From NCBI GenBank assembly GCA_963708045.1, contig OY970181.1, forward strand, positions 707,740-771,739: DNA of 64,000 nucleotides, written 5' to 3'. Under the pieces are notes generated by a model that searched no databases, was not told the DNA's origin, and saw nothing but the letters and a program-made list of their open reading frames with translations. This document shows, in pieces, positions 1-9,305 of this stretch (its first letter is position 1; every line of letters begins with the position of its first letter). The translations under genes were made by a program, and so were the position numbers. This DNA comes from an uncultured bacterium. GTDB lineage: Bacteria; Patescibacteriota; Patescibacteriia; CAIQCM01.

Positions 1-2
1 TT

Positions 3-713
3 GGTTTTTCTGGTGGTCATAATCGGCTCTTTGGGGTGGTTGACGCGCCGTATGTGTTTTGTGTTAATCAAGACGTTGTCTTGGACAATGATTATCTAAA
101 AGAAATTATTAAAACGTTTGATGCCGATAAACGTCTTGCCGCCGCCTCGGGCGTCTTGCGCCACGACGACGGAAAAATTGATACGGCCGGTCTTGCCAAA
201 AATTGGTACGAAAAGATTTTTGACATAACTAAAGAACCGTCAATCCCAATCACGCGCGTTTTTGGTGTGTCTGGCGCTCTGCCGGTTTATCGCCGAGCGG
301 CGGTTCTTGAGGTTTCGCCGGATGGTAAATTATTTGATGAAAGTTTTTTTTCTTACAAAGAAGATGTGGATTTGGCGTGGCGGCTAAATATTTTTAACTG
401 GCACGCTTGCGTCGTTTCTGGGGCGAGAGCAATTCACGAACGGGGTTTTGGTTCTGATAAAAAATGGGACGCGGCGCGGTTTGTCCGGCAAAAACTATCT
501 TCACGAAACCATCTTTTAACTTTGGTTAAAGACCTATCACCTCGCGAATTTTGGTTGCTCCCAGTGATCGTGTTTTATGAACTCGGGAAAACCGTATATT
601 TGGCGATTTTTGTGCCCAATGCCCTTGGTTTTATTCTGGAATTTTTTAAGATATTGCCTAACGCGCTTAAAGCCCGTAAAGTGATCTGGTCGCGGCTTCG
701 CGCCGCTCGTTGA
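3..713 (+). CDS. Glycosyltransferase family 2, 5'-partial (begins before the window)
   Basis: Frame is open from base 3 (GFSGGHN), with NQD, GVSGA and FDESFFSYKEDVDLAWR GT2 motifs. Confidence 0.85.
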   Translation, partial: GFSGGHNRLFGVVDAPYVFCVNQDVVLDNDYLKEIIKTFDADKRLAAASGVLRHDDGKIDTAGLAKNWYEKIFDITKEPSIPITRVFGVSGALPVYRRAAVLEVSPDGKLFDESFFSYKEDVDLAWRLNIFNWHACVVSGARAIHERGFGSDKKWDAARFVRQKLSSRNHLLTLVKDLSPREFWLLPVIVFYELGKTVYLAIFVPNALGFILEFFKILPNALKARKVIWSRLRAAR

Positions 714-715
714 TT

Positions 716-1525
716 ATGAATGATATTGCGGTAATCACCGTTAATTACAAGATGAAGGATTCCATTAAGCAGGCGCTCGCCACGCTTTTTTCGGATATAA
801 AAGAATCGTCGCTTAAGATTATTCCCGTTGTCGTTGATAATCATTCAGGCGACGGCGTTGGAAAAATGCTGGCGGCAGAATTTCCGCAAACGCTTTTTTT
901 GCAAAACGGAAAAAATCTCGGTTTTGGCGCGGCGAACAATAACGCCATTAAGGCGGTTCGCGCCAAGTATTATCTTTTTTTAAATCCTGACACAAGATTT
1001 GTTGAACCGGAAACCGTCGCGCGTTTGCATAATTTTATGGAAGAAAATCCAGCGGTCGGAATGTGTGCGCCGCGCTTGGTAAATTCTGACGGCACGCTTG
1101 GTCATTCTTGTTACCGATTTCCAACCGTAATGACGCCGTTTTATCGGCGCACGGCGCTTGGCCAGTTGCAATCTAAAGCAAGGCAGGTTGATAAATTTTT
1201 AATGAACGACTGGGAACACAACAGGCGACGAATGGTTGACTGGGTTATTGGTTCGGCAATGATGGTTCGCGCCGAAGCGGTGGAAAAAGTCGGGAGTTGG
1301 GATGAACGTTTTTTTATGTATTTTGAAGACACCGACTGGTGTCGGCGTTTTTGGCTTAATCATCTTCCGGTCTATTATCTTCCTGATATCAGTCTTTTCC
1401 ACGAACATCGCCGTTCGTCGGCCGAGCTTTCGGTGTGGCGCGGATTTTTTGTAAATAAAACCACCCGTTACCATATTGCAAGCTGGCTTCGTTATCTGCT
1501 TAAATATAGATTTAGCAAGTTCTAA
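716..1525 (+). CDS. Glycosyltransferase family 2 (WbbL/rhamnosyltransferase-like)
   Basis: VVDNHSGD, NLGFGAANN, LFLNPD and WDERFFMYFEDTDWC; ATG at 716. Confidence 0.9.
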   Translation: MNDIAVITVNYKMKDSIKQALATLFSDIKESSLKIIPVVVDNHSGDGVGKMLAAEFPQTLFLQNGKNLGFGAANNNAIKAVRAKYYLFLNPDTRFVEPETVARLHNFMEENPAVGMCAPRLVNSDGTLGHSCYRFPTVMTPFYRRTALGQLQSKARQVDKFLMNDWEHNRRRMVDWVIGSAMMVRAEAVEKVGSWDERFFMYFEDTDWCRRFWLNHLPVYYLPDISLFHEHRRSSAELSVWRGFFVNKTTRYHIASWLRYLLKYRFSKF

Positions 1526-1528
1526 CGA

Positions 1529-1612
1529 ATGTACCACTTCACATGAACCATGTACCACGCACCATCCATTAACGAGTGGTTCATGGTTAATGGTACATGG
1601 TTAATGATTCAT
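1529..1612. repeat. Heptamer array with inverted arms (ATGWACC / TGGTWCA family)
   Basis: atgtacc acttcac atgaacc atgtacc acgcacc ... tggttca tggttaa tggtaca tggttaa tgattca. Confidence 0.9.
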
Positions 1613-1620
1613 AATTATAT

Positions 1621-2715
1621 ATGAAGAAATTCGCCGTCATCACCGCTCTCTATTATGAGGACAAATTTTTGCCCGCGTATTTTGACGCCTTAAAAAAAGT
1701 TAATTATCCGGCGAATGATTGGATGATAATTGTCGTTGATAATCGCAGTTCGGAAATAACGAAAAAGTGGGTGGACGAAAATGTTTTGCCGTGCGTCGGT
1801 AAAACGCTTCCCGAGTTTCATTTTTTGGAAACGGAACAGAATCTAGGTTTTGCTGGCGGCAATAATCTTTGTACACGCCTGGCAATGGAAAAGGGGTGCG
1901 AGGCGGTTTATTTGTTAAACGAAGACGCATGGCCGGATGCTGATTTTCTAAAACACGCGGGCGAACGGCTGGCCGACCCCTTGGTCGGCGCCGTGCAGTC
2001 GCTTATTGTTCTTGATCCGTGGGAAAGGGGAGCAAATTCTATCGGCAATGAGGTTCATTATTTAGGTTGGAGTTATTGCGGCGGCGCCGGCATGGACAGA
2101 GCGGATGCCGAAGGGCTCTTGCGCGTCAAAAAATTGACCGATCCCGAACTTAATATCCCCAGCGCCTCGGGTGCTGGCGTTGCTTTTAAAACCGAAGCTT
2201 TAAAACAAATCGGACTCTTTGACGAAAATTATCACCTTTATCATGAAGACGTGGATCTTTCCTGTCGCGCCCGGCTTGCCGGATGGAAAATCGTCATTGC
2301 GCCAGAGTCGGTCGTTTATCATACTTACGATTTTGCGCGGAGCACGGAAAAAATTTATTTGATGGAACGGAATCGTTTTCGTTTTATGTTGGAACACTAT
2401 AAAATTCCAACGTTGGTTATTATTTTTCCGGCATTTTTTGTCGCCGAACTTGGTCTCCTTGTTTTGGGCGTTAAAAATAAAACCTTTCGTCGTCGCCTCG
2501 CCGCGTACGGATACATTTTAAATCCAAAAAATTGGCGATCCATAGGAGAAAAAAGAAAACAAGTTCAGACGCTTCGCAAGATTTCCGATCGCGAATACTT
2601 AAAATTTGCGACGGGCGTTGTGCTTAGCGAATACGCGCCTGGATTTTTTGTTCGCGCTGGGAACGTTTGCTTTAGCGCCTATTGGTGGCTGATTAAGAAA
2701 ATAATTACCTGGTAG
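1621..2715 (+). CDS. Glycosyltransferase family 2
   Basis: VVDNRS, NLGFAGGNN, LLNED and GLFDENYHLYHEDVDLS motifs. Confidence 0.9.
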   Translation: MKKFAVITALYYEDKFLPAYFDALKKVNYPANDWMIIVVDNRSSEITKKWVDENVLPCVGKTLPEFHFLETEQNLGFAGGNNLCTRLAMEKGCEAVYLLNEDAWPDADFLKHAGERLADPLVGAVQSLIVLDPWERGANSIGNEVHYLGWSYCGGAGMDRADAEGLLRVKKLTDPELNIPSASGAGVAFKTEALKQIGLFDENYHLYHEDVDLSCRARLAGWKIVIAPESVVYHTYDFARSTEKIYLMERNRFRFMLEHYKIPTLVIIFPAFFVAELGLLVLGVKNKTFRRRLAAYGYILNPKNWRSIGEKRKQVQTLRKISDREYLKFATGVVLSEYAPGFFVRAGNVCFSAYWWLIKKIITW

Positions 2716-2718
2716 CCT

Positions 2719-3710
2719 ATGCATTTGCTCGTGACCGGCGGCGCCGGATTTATTGGTTCAAATTTTACGCGCGAATGGCTTAAAAATCATCCTGCGGATC
2801 ATCTTACTGTTCTTGACGCGCTCACTTATGCCGGCAATAAAAAATATTTGCGCGGCGTTGACTATTCGCGTTTGTCTTTTATTCGCGGCAACATAACGAA
2901 TCCCGCGGCCGTGGCTTTTGCGATGAAAGAAGCTGATGCAGTCGTTCATTTTGCCGCCGAATCGCACGTTGACCGTTCTATTGTCGACCCGGCCGCCTTT
3001 TAAAAACCAACGTTTTTGGCACGCACGTTCTTTTGGAAGAAGCGCGCCGCCGCGAAGGACAGATTGTCCGTTTTCACCACGTTTCCACGGACGAAGTTTT
3101 TGGCGCTTTGGAAATTACCGAAGCGCGGCGATTTCACGAACTAACGCCTTATGCGCCAGGTAGTCCTTATGCCGCTTCCAAAGCCGCTTCCGACCACCTC
3201 TGTCGCGCCTACTTTAACACCTACGGCGTTCCCGTGACGATTACGCACTCGTCAAACAATTACGGACCATATCAACACCCAGAAAAACTTATTCCCACGA
3301 TAATTATGTCAGCGATGGACAACCGCTCGGTTCCCGTTTACGGCGACGGTCTCTATGTTCGCGATTGGATCCATGTGATTGACCACTGTCGGGCAATAGA
3401 AGCGGTAATGATGAATGGAAAAGTCGGCGAATCTTATTGCGTTGGCGGGCGAACCGAAAAGCCGAATATAGAAATTGTCCGGACGATTTTGGAAATTTTG
3501 AACCGTCCGCATTCGCTTATCTCGTATACTAAAGATCGCCCTGGCCACGATCGGCGTTATGCCCTTGATCCAACCAAACTGGAGCGCGAACTTGGCTGGC
3601 GGCCGCGCTGGTCGTTTGTGGATGGGCTAAGAGAAACGATTAATTGGTATAAATTTAACCGCAGCCTTTGGAGCGCAATGCCGGAGGAAATAAAATCTGA
3701 CATAAAATGA
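2719..3710 (+). pseudogene. rfbB: dTDP-glucose 4,6-dehydratase split by a 1-nt frameshift near 2998-3001 (real lesion or assembly error)
   Basis: N-part has GGAGFIG and HFAAESHVDRSI; C-part has HVSTDEVFG, SPYAASKA and DRPGHDRRY; adding one T to the T4 run gives AAFLKTNVFGTHVLLEE. Confidence 0.85.
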
Positions 3711-5284
3711 AAATATTAATTTTTGGAAAAGGCTTTATTGGAACGCGTTTGGCCGCCTCATGGCCAGACGCGGTTTTGAGTGCGGCGCGAATTGACGATC
3801 CTGTCGCCGTCGCCCAAGCGTTTGAAGAGCATCGTCCTGATGCGGTCGTTAATGCTGCCGGAAAAACTGGCCGGCCAAATGTTGATTGGTGTGAAACGCA
3901 TAAAGCCGAGACGGTCAAAGCAAATATTTCTGGTCCGATTATTCTTGCCGAAGCGTGCGTTAAATTTGGCGCGTATTTATTGCATTTGGGTTCGGGTTGT
4001 ATTTTTTACGGACCAGCGCACGATCCGTTGGGCTGGCGCGAAAACGATTTTGCCAACCCTGTGGCTTTTTACTCGCGAACAAAATACGCTGCCGATCTGG
4101 CGCTGCAGGCACTGCCAAACGTTGGTATTGTCCGACTTAGAATGCCGATTGATCACGTTCCCGGGGAACGAAATTTAATAACCAAACTGGCTGGCTATAA
4201 GCAGGTGATTGATGTCGCAAATAGCGTCACGGTTATTGACGATCTTGTCCAAGTTTGTCGCGGCTTAATTGAAAAGCGGGGCGAGGGAATTTTTCACGCG
4301 ACCAACCCTGGCACAATGAAACATCGCGAACTAATGGAACTGTATCGCACCTATGTTGATCCTAATTATGATTGCGAATGGATTAATGAAAGTGATTTGG
4401 AATCGCGCGGCTTGGTTGTGGCCAAGCGTTCTAACTGCCTTTTGCAAACAAAACGATTAAACGAGCTTGGTATAACGATGCGGCCGATTGCTGAAGCGCT
4501 AAAAGAGACGATGATTAAATATGCCGAAAATAAAAGATTATCCGCACCGACGGCTCCGCACCCAACACCGTTAAAAAAAATAAAAGGCGTGATTTGCGCC
4601 GGCGGGCTGGGAACGCGTTTGGCGCCGCTTACGAATATCACCAATAAACACTTGTTACCGATTTACAACAAGCCAATGGTGCTTTATCCGCTCCAAACGC
4701 TCGTTCGCGCCGGTGTTAATGAAATCATGATTGTTACAGGGCCGGAGTTTGCGCATCAATTTGTAAAATTGCTTGGTTCGGGCGCGGCTTACGGCGTAAA
4801 TATTACTTATCGCATTCAAGACAATCCTGGTGGGATTGCCGACGCACTTTATATGGCGCGGGATTTTGTCGGCAATGATAATTGCGCCGTTGTCTTGGGT
4901 GATAATATTTTTGACGAGGATTTTTCTCCTGCCTTTTGTTCGTTTAATTCCGGCGCCACGGTGTTTTATAAAGAAACCGAAAACGCGCGTGCGTATGGCG
5001 TTTTGGAAATAGACGCGCTTGGCAAAGTTTTGTCTATTGAAGAAAAACCCAGCGCGCCAAAGTCAAAACTGGCTCAAGTTGGTCTGTATCTTTTTGATCA
5101 TCGCGTTTTTGACGTGATTCACAATATTCATCCGTCTGCTCGGGGCGAGTTGGAAATTACCGATGTTACCGACGCCTATCGTCATAATGATGAACTTGTC
5201 GCGCGCCAAGTTAGCGGATCGTGGTGGGACGCGGGAACGTTTGAGGGAATGGCCGCGGCGAGCGATTATTTTTCTAAAAAATAA
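3707..5284 (+). CDS. Fusion: NRS/ER-type dTDP-4-keto-6-deoxyglucose 3,5-epimerase/4-reductase plus glucose-1-phosphate thymidylyltransferase (RmlA)
   Basis: N-domain NAAGKTGRPNVDWCETHK, GCIF, FYSRTK, RLRMPI; C-domain CAGGLGTRLAPLT, NKHLLPIYNKPM, SARGELEITD, WWDAGT. Confidence 0.85.
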   Translation: MKILIFGKGFIGTRLAASWPDAVLSAARIDDPVAVAQAFEEHRPDAVVNAAGKTGRPNVDWCETHKAETVKANISGPIILAEACVKFGAYLLHLGSGCIFYGPAHDPLGWRENDFANPVAFYSRTKYAADLALQALPNVGIVRLRMPIDHVPGERNLITKLAGYKQVIDVANSVTVIDDLVQVCRGLIEKRGEGIFHATNPGTMKHRELMELYRTYVDPNYDCEWINESDLESRGLVVAKRSNCLLQTKRLNELGITMRPIAEALKETMIKYAENKRLSAPTAPHPTPLKKIKGVICAGGLGTRLAPLTNITNKHLLPIYNKPMVLYPLQTLVRAGVNEIMIVTGPEFAHQFVKLLGSGAAYGVNITYRIQDNPGGIADALYMARDFVGNDNCAVVLGDNIFDEDFSPAFCSFNSGATVFYKETENARAYGVLEIDALGKVLSIEEKPSAPKSKLAQVGLYLFDHRVFDVIHNIHPSARGELEITDVTDAYRHNDELVARQVSGSWWDAGTFEGMAAASDYFSKK

Positions 5285-5287
5285 TTT

Positions 5288-5966
5288 ATGCCGACGGGAA
5301 ACATTAAACACATTGGTTTTATAATGGACGGCAATCGTCGCTGGGCTAAGGGTAATGGTTTGCCGACTTTTGAAGGGCATCGGGTCGGTAATGATTTGGT
5401 TAAAAAAGTCGGGCCTTGGTGTTTGGCTCGCGGGATAAAGTATATTACTTTTTACGCTTTTTCAATTGAAAATTGGAAGCGCACCAAAGACGAAGTTGGA
5501 TATTTAATGGAGCTTTTGATGTCCGACATTACCAAAGAGTTGGATTATTTAACCAAGGACAATATAAGATTAAAAATAATCGGCCGGCGCGCCGACCTTT
5601 CTCCAAAACTGCAAAACGCGATTGCCGAAGCTGAAGAAAAAACCAAAAATTATTCCGCTGGCGTTATACAGCTCGCTGTTTCTTATGGCGGACGCGATGA
5701 GATTGTCCGTGCAGCCGTCAAGGCGGCTCTGGCTCAGGAAATTACCGAAGAGGGAATCGTAAAAAATTTAGACACCGCCGGAATCCCTGACCCTGATCTT
5801 ATTATTCGCACGTCGGGGGAGCAGCGCCTTTCTGGTTTTCTCACTTGGCAGTCAATTTACAGTGAACTTTTATTTTTAAATAAACATTGGCCAGATTTTT
5901 CCGAAGCCGATCTTGATGCGGCGATTGCTTGGTATTCTGAGAGAGATCGAAAGATACGGAAAATAG
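5288..5966 (+). CDS. uppS: Undecaprenyl diphosphate synthase; an extra A at 5950-5952 shifts the C-terminus, likely true stop 5964-5966
   Basis: IMDGNRRWA, YAFSIENWKR and PDLIIRTSGEQRLSGFL; removing one A gives ERDRRYGK*. Confidence 0.9.
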
Positions 5967-5970
5967 AAAA

Positions 5971-6000
5971 CGGGGCACGGCGCTGTTGCGTCGTGCCCCG
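5971..6000. terminator. GC-rich hairpin between convergent uppS and the minus-strand gene
   Basis: cggggcacg...cgtgccccg with an A-tract on its left. Confidence 0.6.
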
Positions 6001-6015
6001 ATTGGTCGGCTGTGT

Positions 6016-6594
6016 CTACTTGGTTTTGGTGCCTAGAGCGGTGTGCGCAGTGGTGCCGTTTAAAGCGACTGACATTTGTATCATCGCTCTCTCTTTCATC
6101 ATAAACGGCCACCACCATCGCTTGCTCAACCGGTCAAGAAGTCCTTGGAAGTTCTTCCTGATCTGACCTAGCTCTGTTTCAAGTTCAGCGCGCGACCTGC
6201 CGCTTTGAGATCCTTCGTAACTTTCGGTCGGGCGTATGGCGCCGGTGCGGATCTTATGCAAGAGTTCTCTCGCATCGCTAACCGTTTTTGCCACGATTTC
6301 GAGTCTATAAGAACTGTTGGAGCCGTCGTCGAAATCGAGCACCCCTTTCGCCGATCGCAGAGCGTAAGTTCCAGTTTCTCGCTCAACTCCAGGGGGCGTT
6401 GTAAAGATTGCGTGAACGGATACCTTATCAATGGCGCTGGTAACCCGTGGGTCAGTCCACGGATCAAGTTCGCTCTCACTATCAACCATGGTGTACCAAC
6501 GCCTGTCGGTGTCGGTTTTGATGTTGAGCCCTGGAATTCCATCGGCGGGTAGTTGTGTTCGGTCAATGTACGCGCGAATGCTTTGGATACTCAT
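6016..6594 (-). CDS. Hypothetical protein (stand-alone gene with its own promoter)
   Basis: 192-aa ORF, SD AAGGAG, minus-strand TTGACA-N17-TATTAT at about 6705-6733. Confidence 0.65.
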   Translation of the reverse strand: MSIQSIRAYIDRTQLPADGIPGLNIKTDTDRRWYTMVDSESELDPWTDPRVTSAIDKVSVHAIFTTPPGVERETGTYALRSAKGVLDFDDGSNSSYRLEIVAKTVSDARELLHKIRTGAIRPTESYEGSQSGRSRAELETELGQIRKNFQGLLDRLSKRWWWPFMMKERAMIQMSVALNGTTAHTALGTKTK

Positions 6595-6778
6595 GTTTCT
6601 CTCCTTGGTTTTCGTGTCGCCTGGATTCCGTCGGGCTTACTGGACCCGTCCGTTCCGTGGGTTGACCGTGTTTGTGCACCGGATTTTTAGGCCGGATCTA
6701 AAAAATAATAGCTTAAATTGGGGTTATTGTCAAGCTCCTATGCCTCTATAGACAAATGATGTATGTTATAAAAGTAAC

Positions 6779-6846
6779 AACTTTTAACTGTTAACTTTTA
6801 GGTTTTAGCAAGCCACTAACAGTTAAAAGTTAATAGTTAACAGTTG
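6779..6846. repeat. Heptamer array with inverted arms (AACTKTT / AAMAGTT family)
   Basis: aactttt aactgtt aactttt aggtttt ... aacagtt aaaagtt aatagtt aacagtt. Confidence 0.9.
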
Positions 6847-6848
6847 AT

Positions 6849-8096
6849 ATGTCCGATTTATTTGACTTAAAATTAGAACAAGAACTAAAGAAGTCCGCGC
6901 CGCTTGCTGATCGGATGCGTCCTGTTTCCTTGGACGACTATGTGGGGCAAGAAAAACTCATTGGGCCGGGCGCGACTTTGCGGACGCTGATTGATCGCGA
7001 TGAGCTTCCTTCAATGATTTTTTGGGGGCCGCCGGGAACGGGGAAAACAACTTTGGCACGCATTATCGCCAAACTAACGCGTTCGCGTTTTGAACAAGTG
7101 TCGGCGGTTTCTTCGGGCATTGCCGAATTGCGCCGCGTCGCGGACGAAGCTCGGGAAAAAAGAAAACTAACCAATACACGCACGATTCTTTTTGTTGACG
7201 AAATTCATCGCTGGAACAAATCACAGCAAGACGCTTTACTTCCCAGTGTTGAAAGCGGAATTATTACGCTTATTGGCGCGACGACCGAGAATCCGTCTTT
7301 TGAAGTTAACAGCGCCTTGCTTTCGCGCTCGCGCGTTTTTGTTCTTGAAAAACTTACCGCCGAGGATATTAAAAAATTGTTGGAGCGGGCGATTAAAAGT
7401 CCGAATGGACTGGACGGAAAGGTAAAAGTTGACGATCAAGCGCTTGATTTTTTGTCATACATTGCCGATGGCGATGCGCGCGTGGCTTTAAATTCTTTGG
7501 AAATTGCTGCTAAGGCTTTAAAAATTTCTAAGCGTCAAGTTTTAAAAGTAGAAGCGGTTAAATATGCGCTTGCCAAAACTCATTTGCGTTACGACAAAAC
7601 CGGCGAAGAGCACTACAACATTATTTCCGCCTTGCATAAATCAATGCGCGGCTCGGACGCTGACGCCGCTCTTTATTGGCTTGGGCGAATGCTTGAGGCG
7701 GGGGAAGATCCGCTTTATGTGGCGCGGCGTTTGGTTCGTTTTGCTTCGGAAGACGTTGGTCTTGCTGATCCGCAAGCGCTCGTTCTTGCTATGAGCGCGT
7801 ATAATGCCGCGCACGCCATTGGGATGCCCGAGTGTAATGTAATTTTGGCCGAAGCCGCCGCCTATCTGGCGACCGCGCCAAAATCAAACAAATTGTATGT
7901 CGCTTACGAAGCAGTGCAAAAAGACATTAGCGAACTTCCAAACGAGCCCGTGCCGCTCCATTTGCGCAACGCGCCGACCAAATTAATGAAAGAATTGGAC
8001 TATGGTAAGGATTACAAATATAACCCCGATTTTACCGAGCCGGTTAACCAAGATTATCTGCCGGAAAAGTTAAAAGGCAGAAAATATCTAAAATAA
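6849..8096 (+). CDS. rarA: Replication-associated recombination protein A (MgsA family AAA+ ATPase)
   Basis: PLADRMRP, GPPGTGKTT, LFVDEIHR, GATTENPSF, ISALHKSMRGSD. Confidence 0.95.
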   Translation: MSDLFDLKLEQELKKSAPLADRMRPVSLDDYVGQEKLIGPGATLRTLIDRDELPSMIFWGPPGTGKTTLARIIAKLTRSRFEQVSAVSSGIAELRRVADEAREKRKLTNTRTILFVDEIHRWNKSQQDALLPSVESGIITLIGATTENPSFEVNSALLSRSRVFVLEKLTAEDIKKLLERAIKSPNGLDGKVKVDDQALDFLSYIADGDARVALNSLEIAAKALKISKRQVLKVEAVKYALAKTHLRYDKTGEEHYNIISALHKSMRGSDADAALYWLGRMLEAGEDPLYVARRLVRFASEDVGLADPQALVLAMSAYNAAHAIGMPECNVILAEAAAYLATAPKSNKLYVAYEAVQKDISELPNEPVPLHLRNAPTKLMKELDYGKDYKYNPDFTEPVNQDYLPEKLKGRKYLK

Positions 8097-8168
8097 TTCT
8101 TGACTTTCTGTTTTTGGCTTTTAAGTGATAAAATGGTGGAGAAGCTAGGTTAATTAGCTACAAAGCCA

Positions 8169-9305
8169 ATGACAATGGTGCGAAGAAATTACATTTGGAT
8201 TATTTTGAGCGGAATAACGCTAATCTCCGTAATAATTCTTGCCGAACTTATCGCGACGATTATTTATTTGCGCTCGCCGGAACGGGTGGTCGCGGTTGCG
8301 TTTCAAAAACTTATTGATACGAAAAGTTATAGTTTTAGCGTTAACGCCGACGAGGCAAAGGGTGGTCTTGTGGCCAGTTTAAGCGGGGACATTGATCAAA
8401 AATCGCCAACGCGGCCAGTAGCATCGGCTGATTTTTCATTTATTATGGATGGCCGTTATTCATTAAAAGGAAAAATCGCCGCTGCGGACGGAAAAGCTTT
8501 TGTGCAATTTGAAAATACCGGTGGTCTGCCAGTCGGTTTGGCGAGCGCTTTGGGAAAAGCTTGGACGGGTGTGGACGTTAGCTCGCTTATTTTTCTGGCC
8601 GAAGAAAACGCTTTGTCGTTTTCGTCACGTCTTAACGACGCCGATATTAATGTTATTCTCGCGGCGCTAAAGAAAAATATTCCTTTCCGTGTCGCGGGCA
8701 AAGAGAATGACGAAATGCTTGGCAATGTTTACGTTGTCAGATACCCGATTGCTTTTGACAAAATTTCGGCGGTTAATTTTATTAATGATCTGCATATTTT
8801 GTTTGAAGGTCAAAAAATTTCCGAAGATAAATATCGAGCGATTATTAAGGCGATTTCGTCAACGCCGGTTTTTGTGGGCGATGTATGGATTGCTAAAAAC
8901 GATAGCACAATTAGGGCGATGCATTTTTTAATACCAGTTGCCGCGGGCGGATATCTTAATTTGACCTTGTCTTTTTCTGATCTTAATAAAAAAGTCTCGG
9001 CATCTCGGCCAGAAAAATTCTTGCCCCTACCAGAAATTTTAAAGGAAATTTTTGCGCCGACTTTAAATTCCGGTTCAGTCGCTGACTTATCTAATTCTCC
9101 CTTTGCCTCAATTTTTAAACCGTTAATAAATATTCCGACGGTTCCTTTGGAAAATAATACCGAGTCTAGCTTAAATTATTCCGTTCAAAAAGGAGGCGGG
9201 GGACTGATGGATGCAATTCTGCGGTTTATCTATGGCTCAAACCCGTTTTCGGGGAAAGGTGATAGCAAAGTATTAAACGATGTCTTTAATGTTAACGCCA
9301 AATAA
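8169..9305 (+). CDS. Membrane-anchored hypothetical protein
   Basis: 378-aa ORF with an N-terminal TM helix; stop overlaps the start of the next gene. Confidence 0.7.
   Translation: MTMVRRNYIWIILSGITLISVIILAELIATIIYLRSPERVVAVAFQKLIDTKSYSFSVNADEAKGGLVASLSGDIDQKSPTRPVASADFSFIMDGRYSLKGKIAAADGKAFVQFENTGGLPVGLASALGKAWTGVDVSSLIFLAEENALSFSSRLNDADINVILAALKKNIPFRVAGKENDEMLGNVYVVRYPIAFDKISAVNFINDLHILFEGQKISEDKYRAIIKAISSTPVFVGDVWIAKNDSTIRAMHFLIPVAAGGYLNLTLSFSDLNKKVSASRPEKFLPLPEILKEIFAPTLNSGSVADLSNSPFASIFKPLINIPTVPLENNTESSLNYSVQKGGGGLMDAILRFIYGSNPFSGKGDSKVLNDVFNVNAK

Noticed and set aside
2995-3008. Programmed -1 frameshift in rmlB
   Set aside because: The zero frame reads TTT TAA, so the TTTAAAA run is not in X XXY YYZ register; an indel is the simpler explanation
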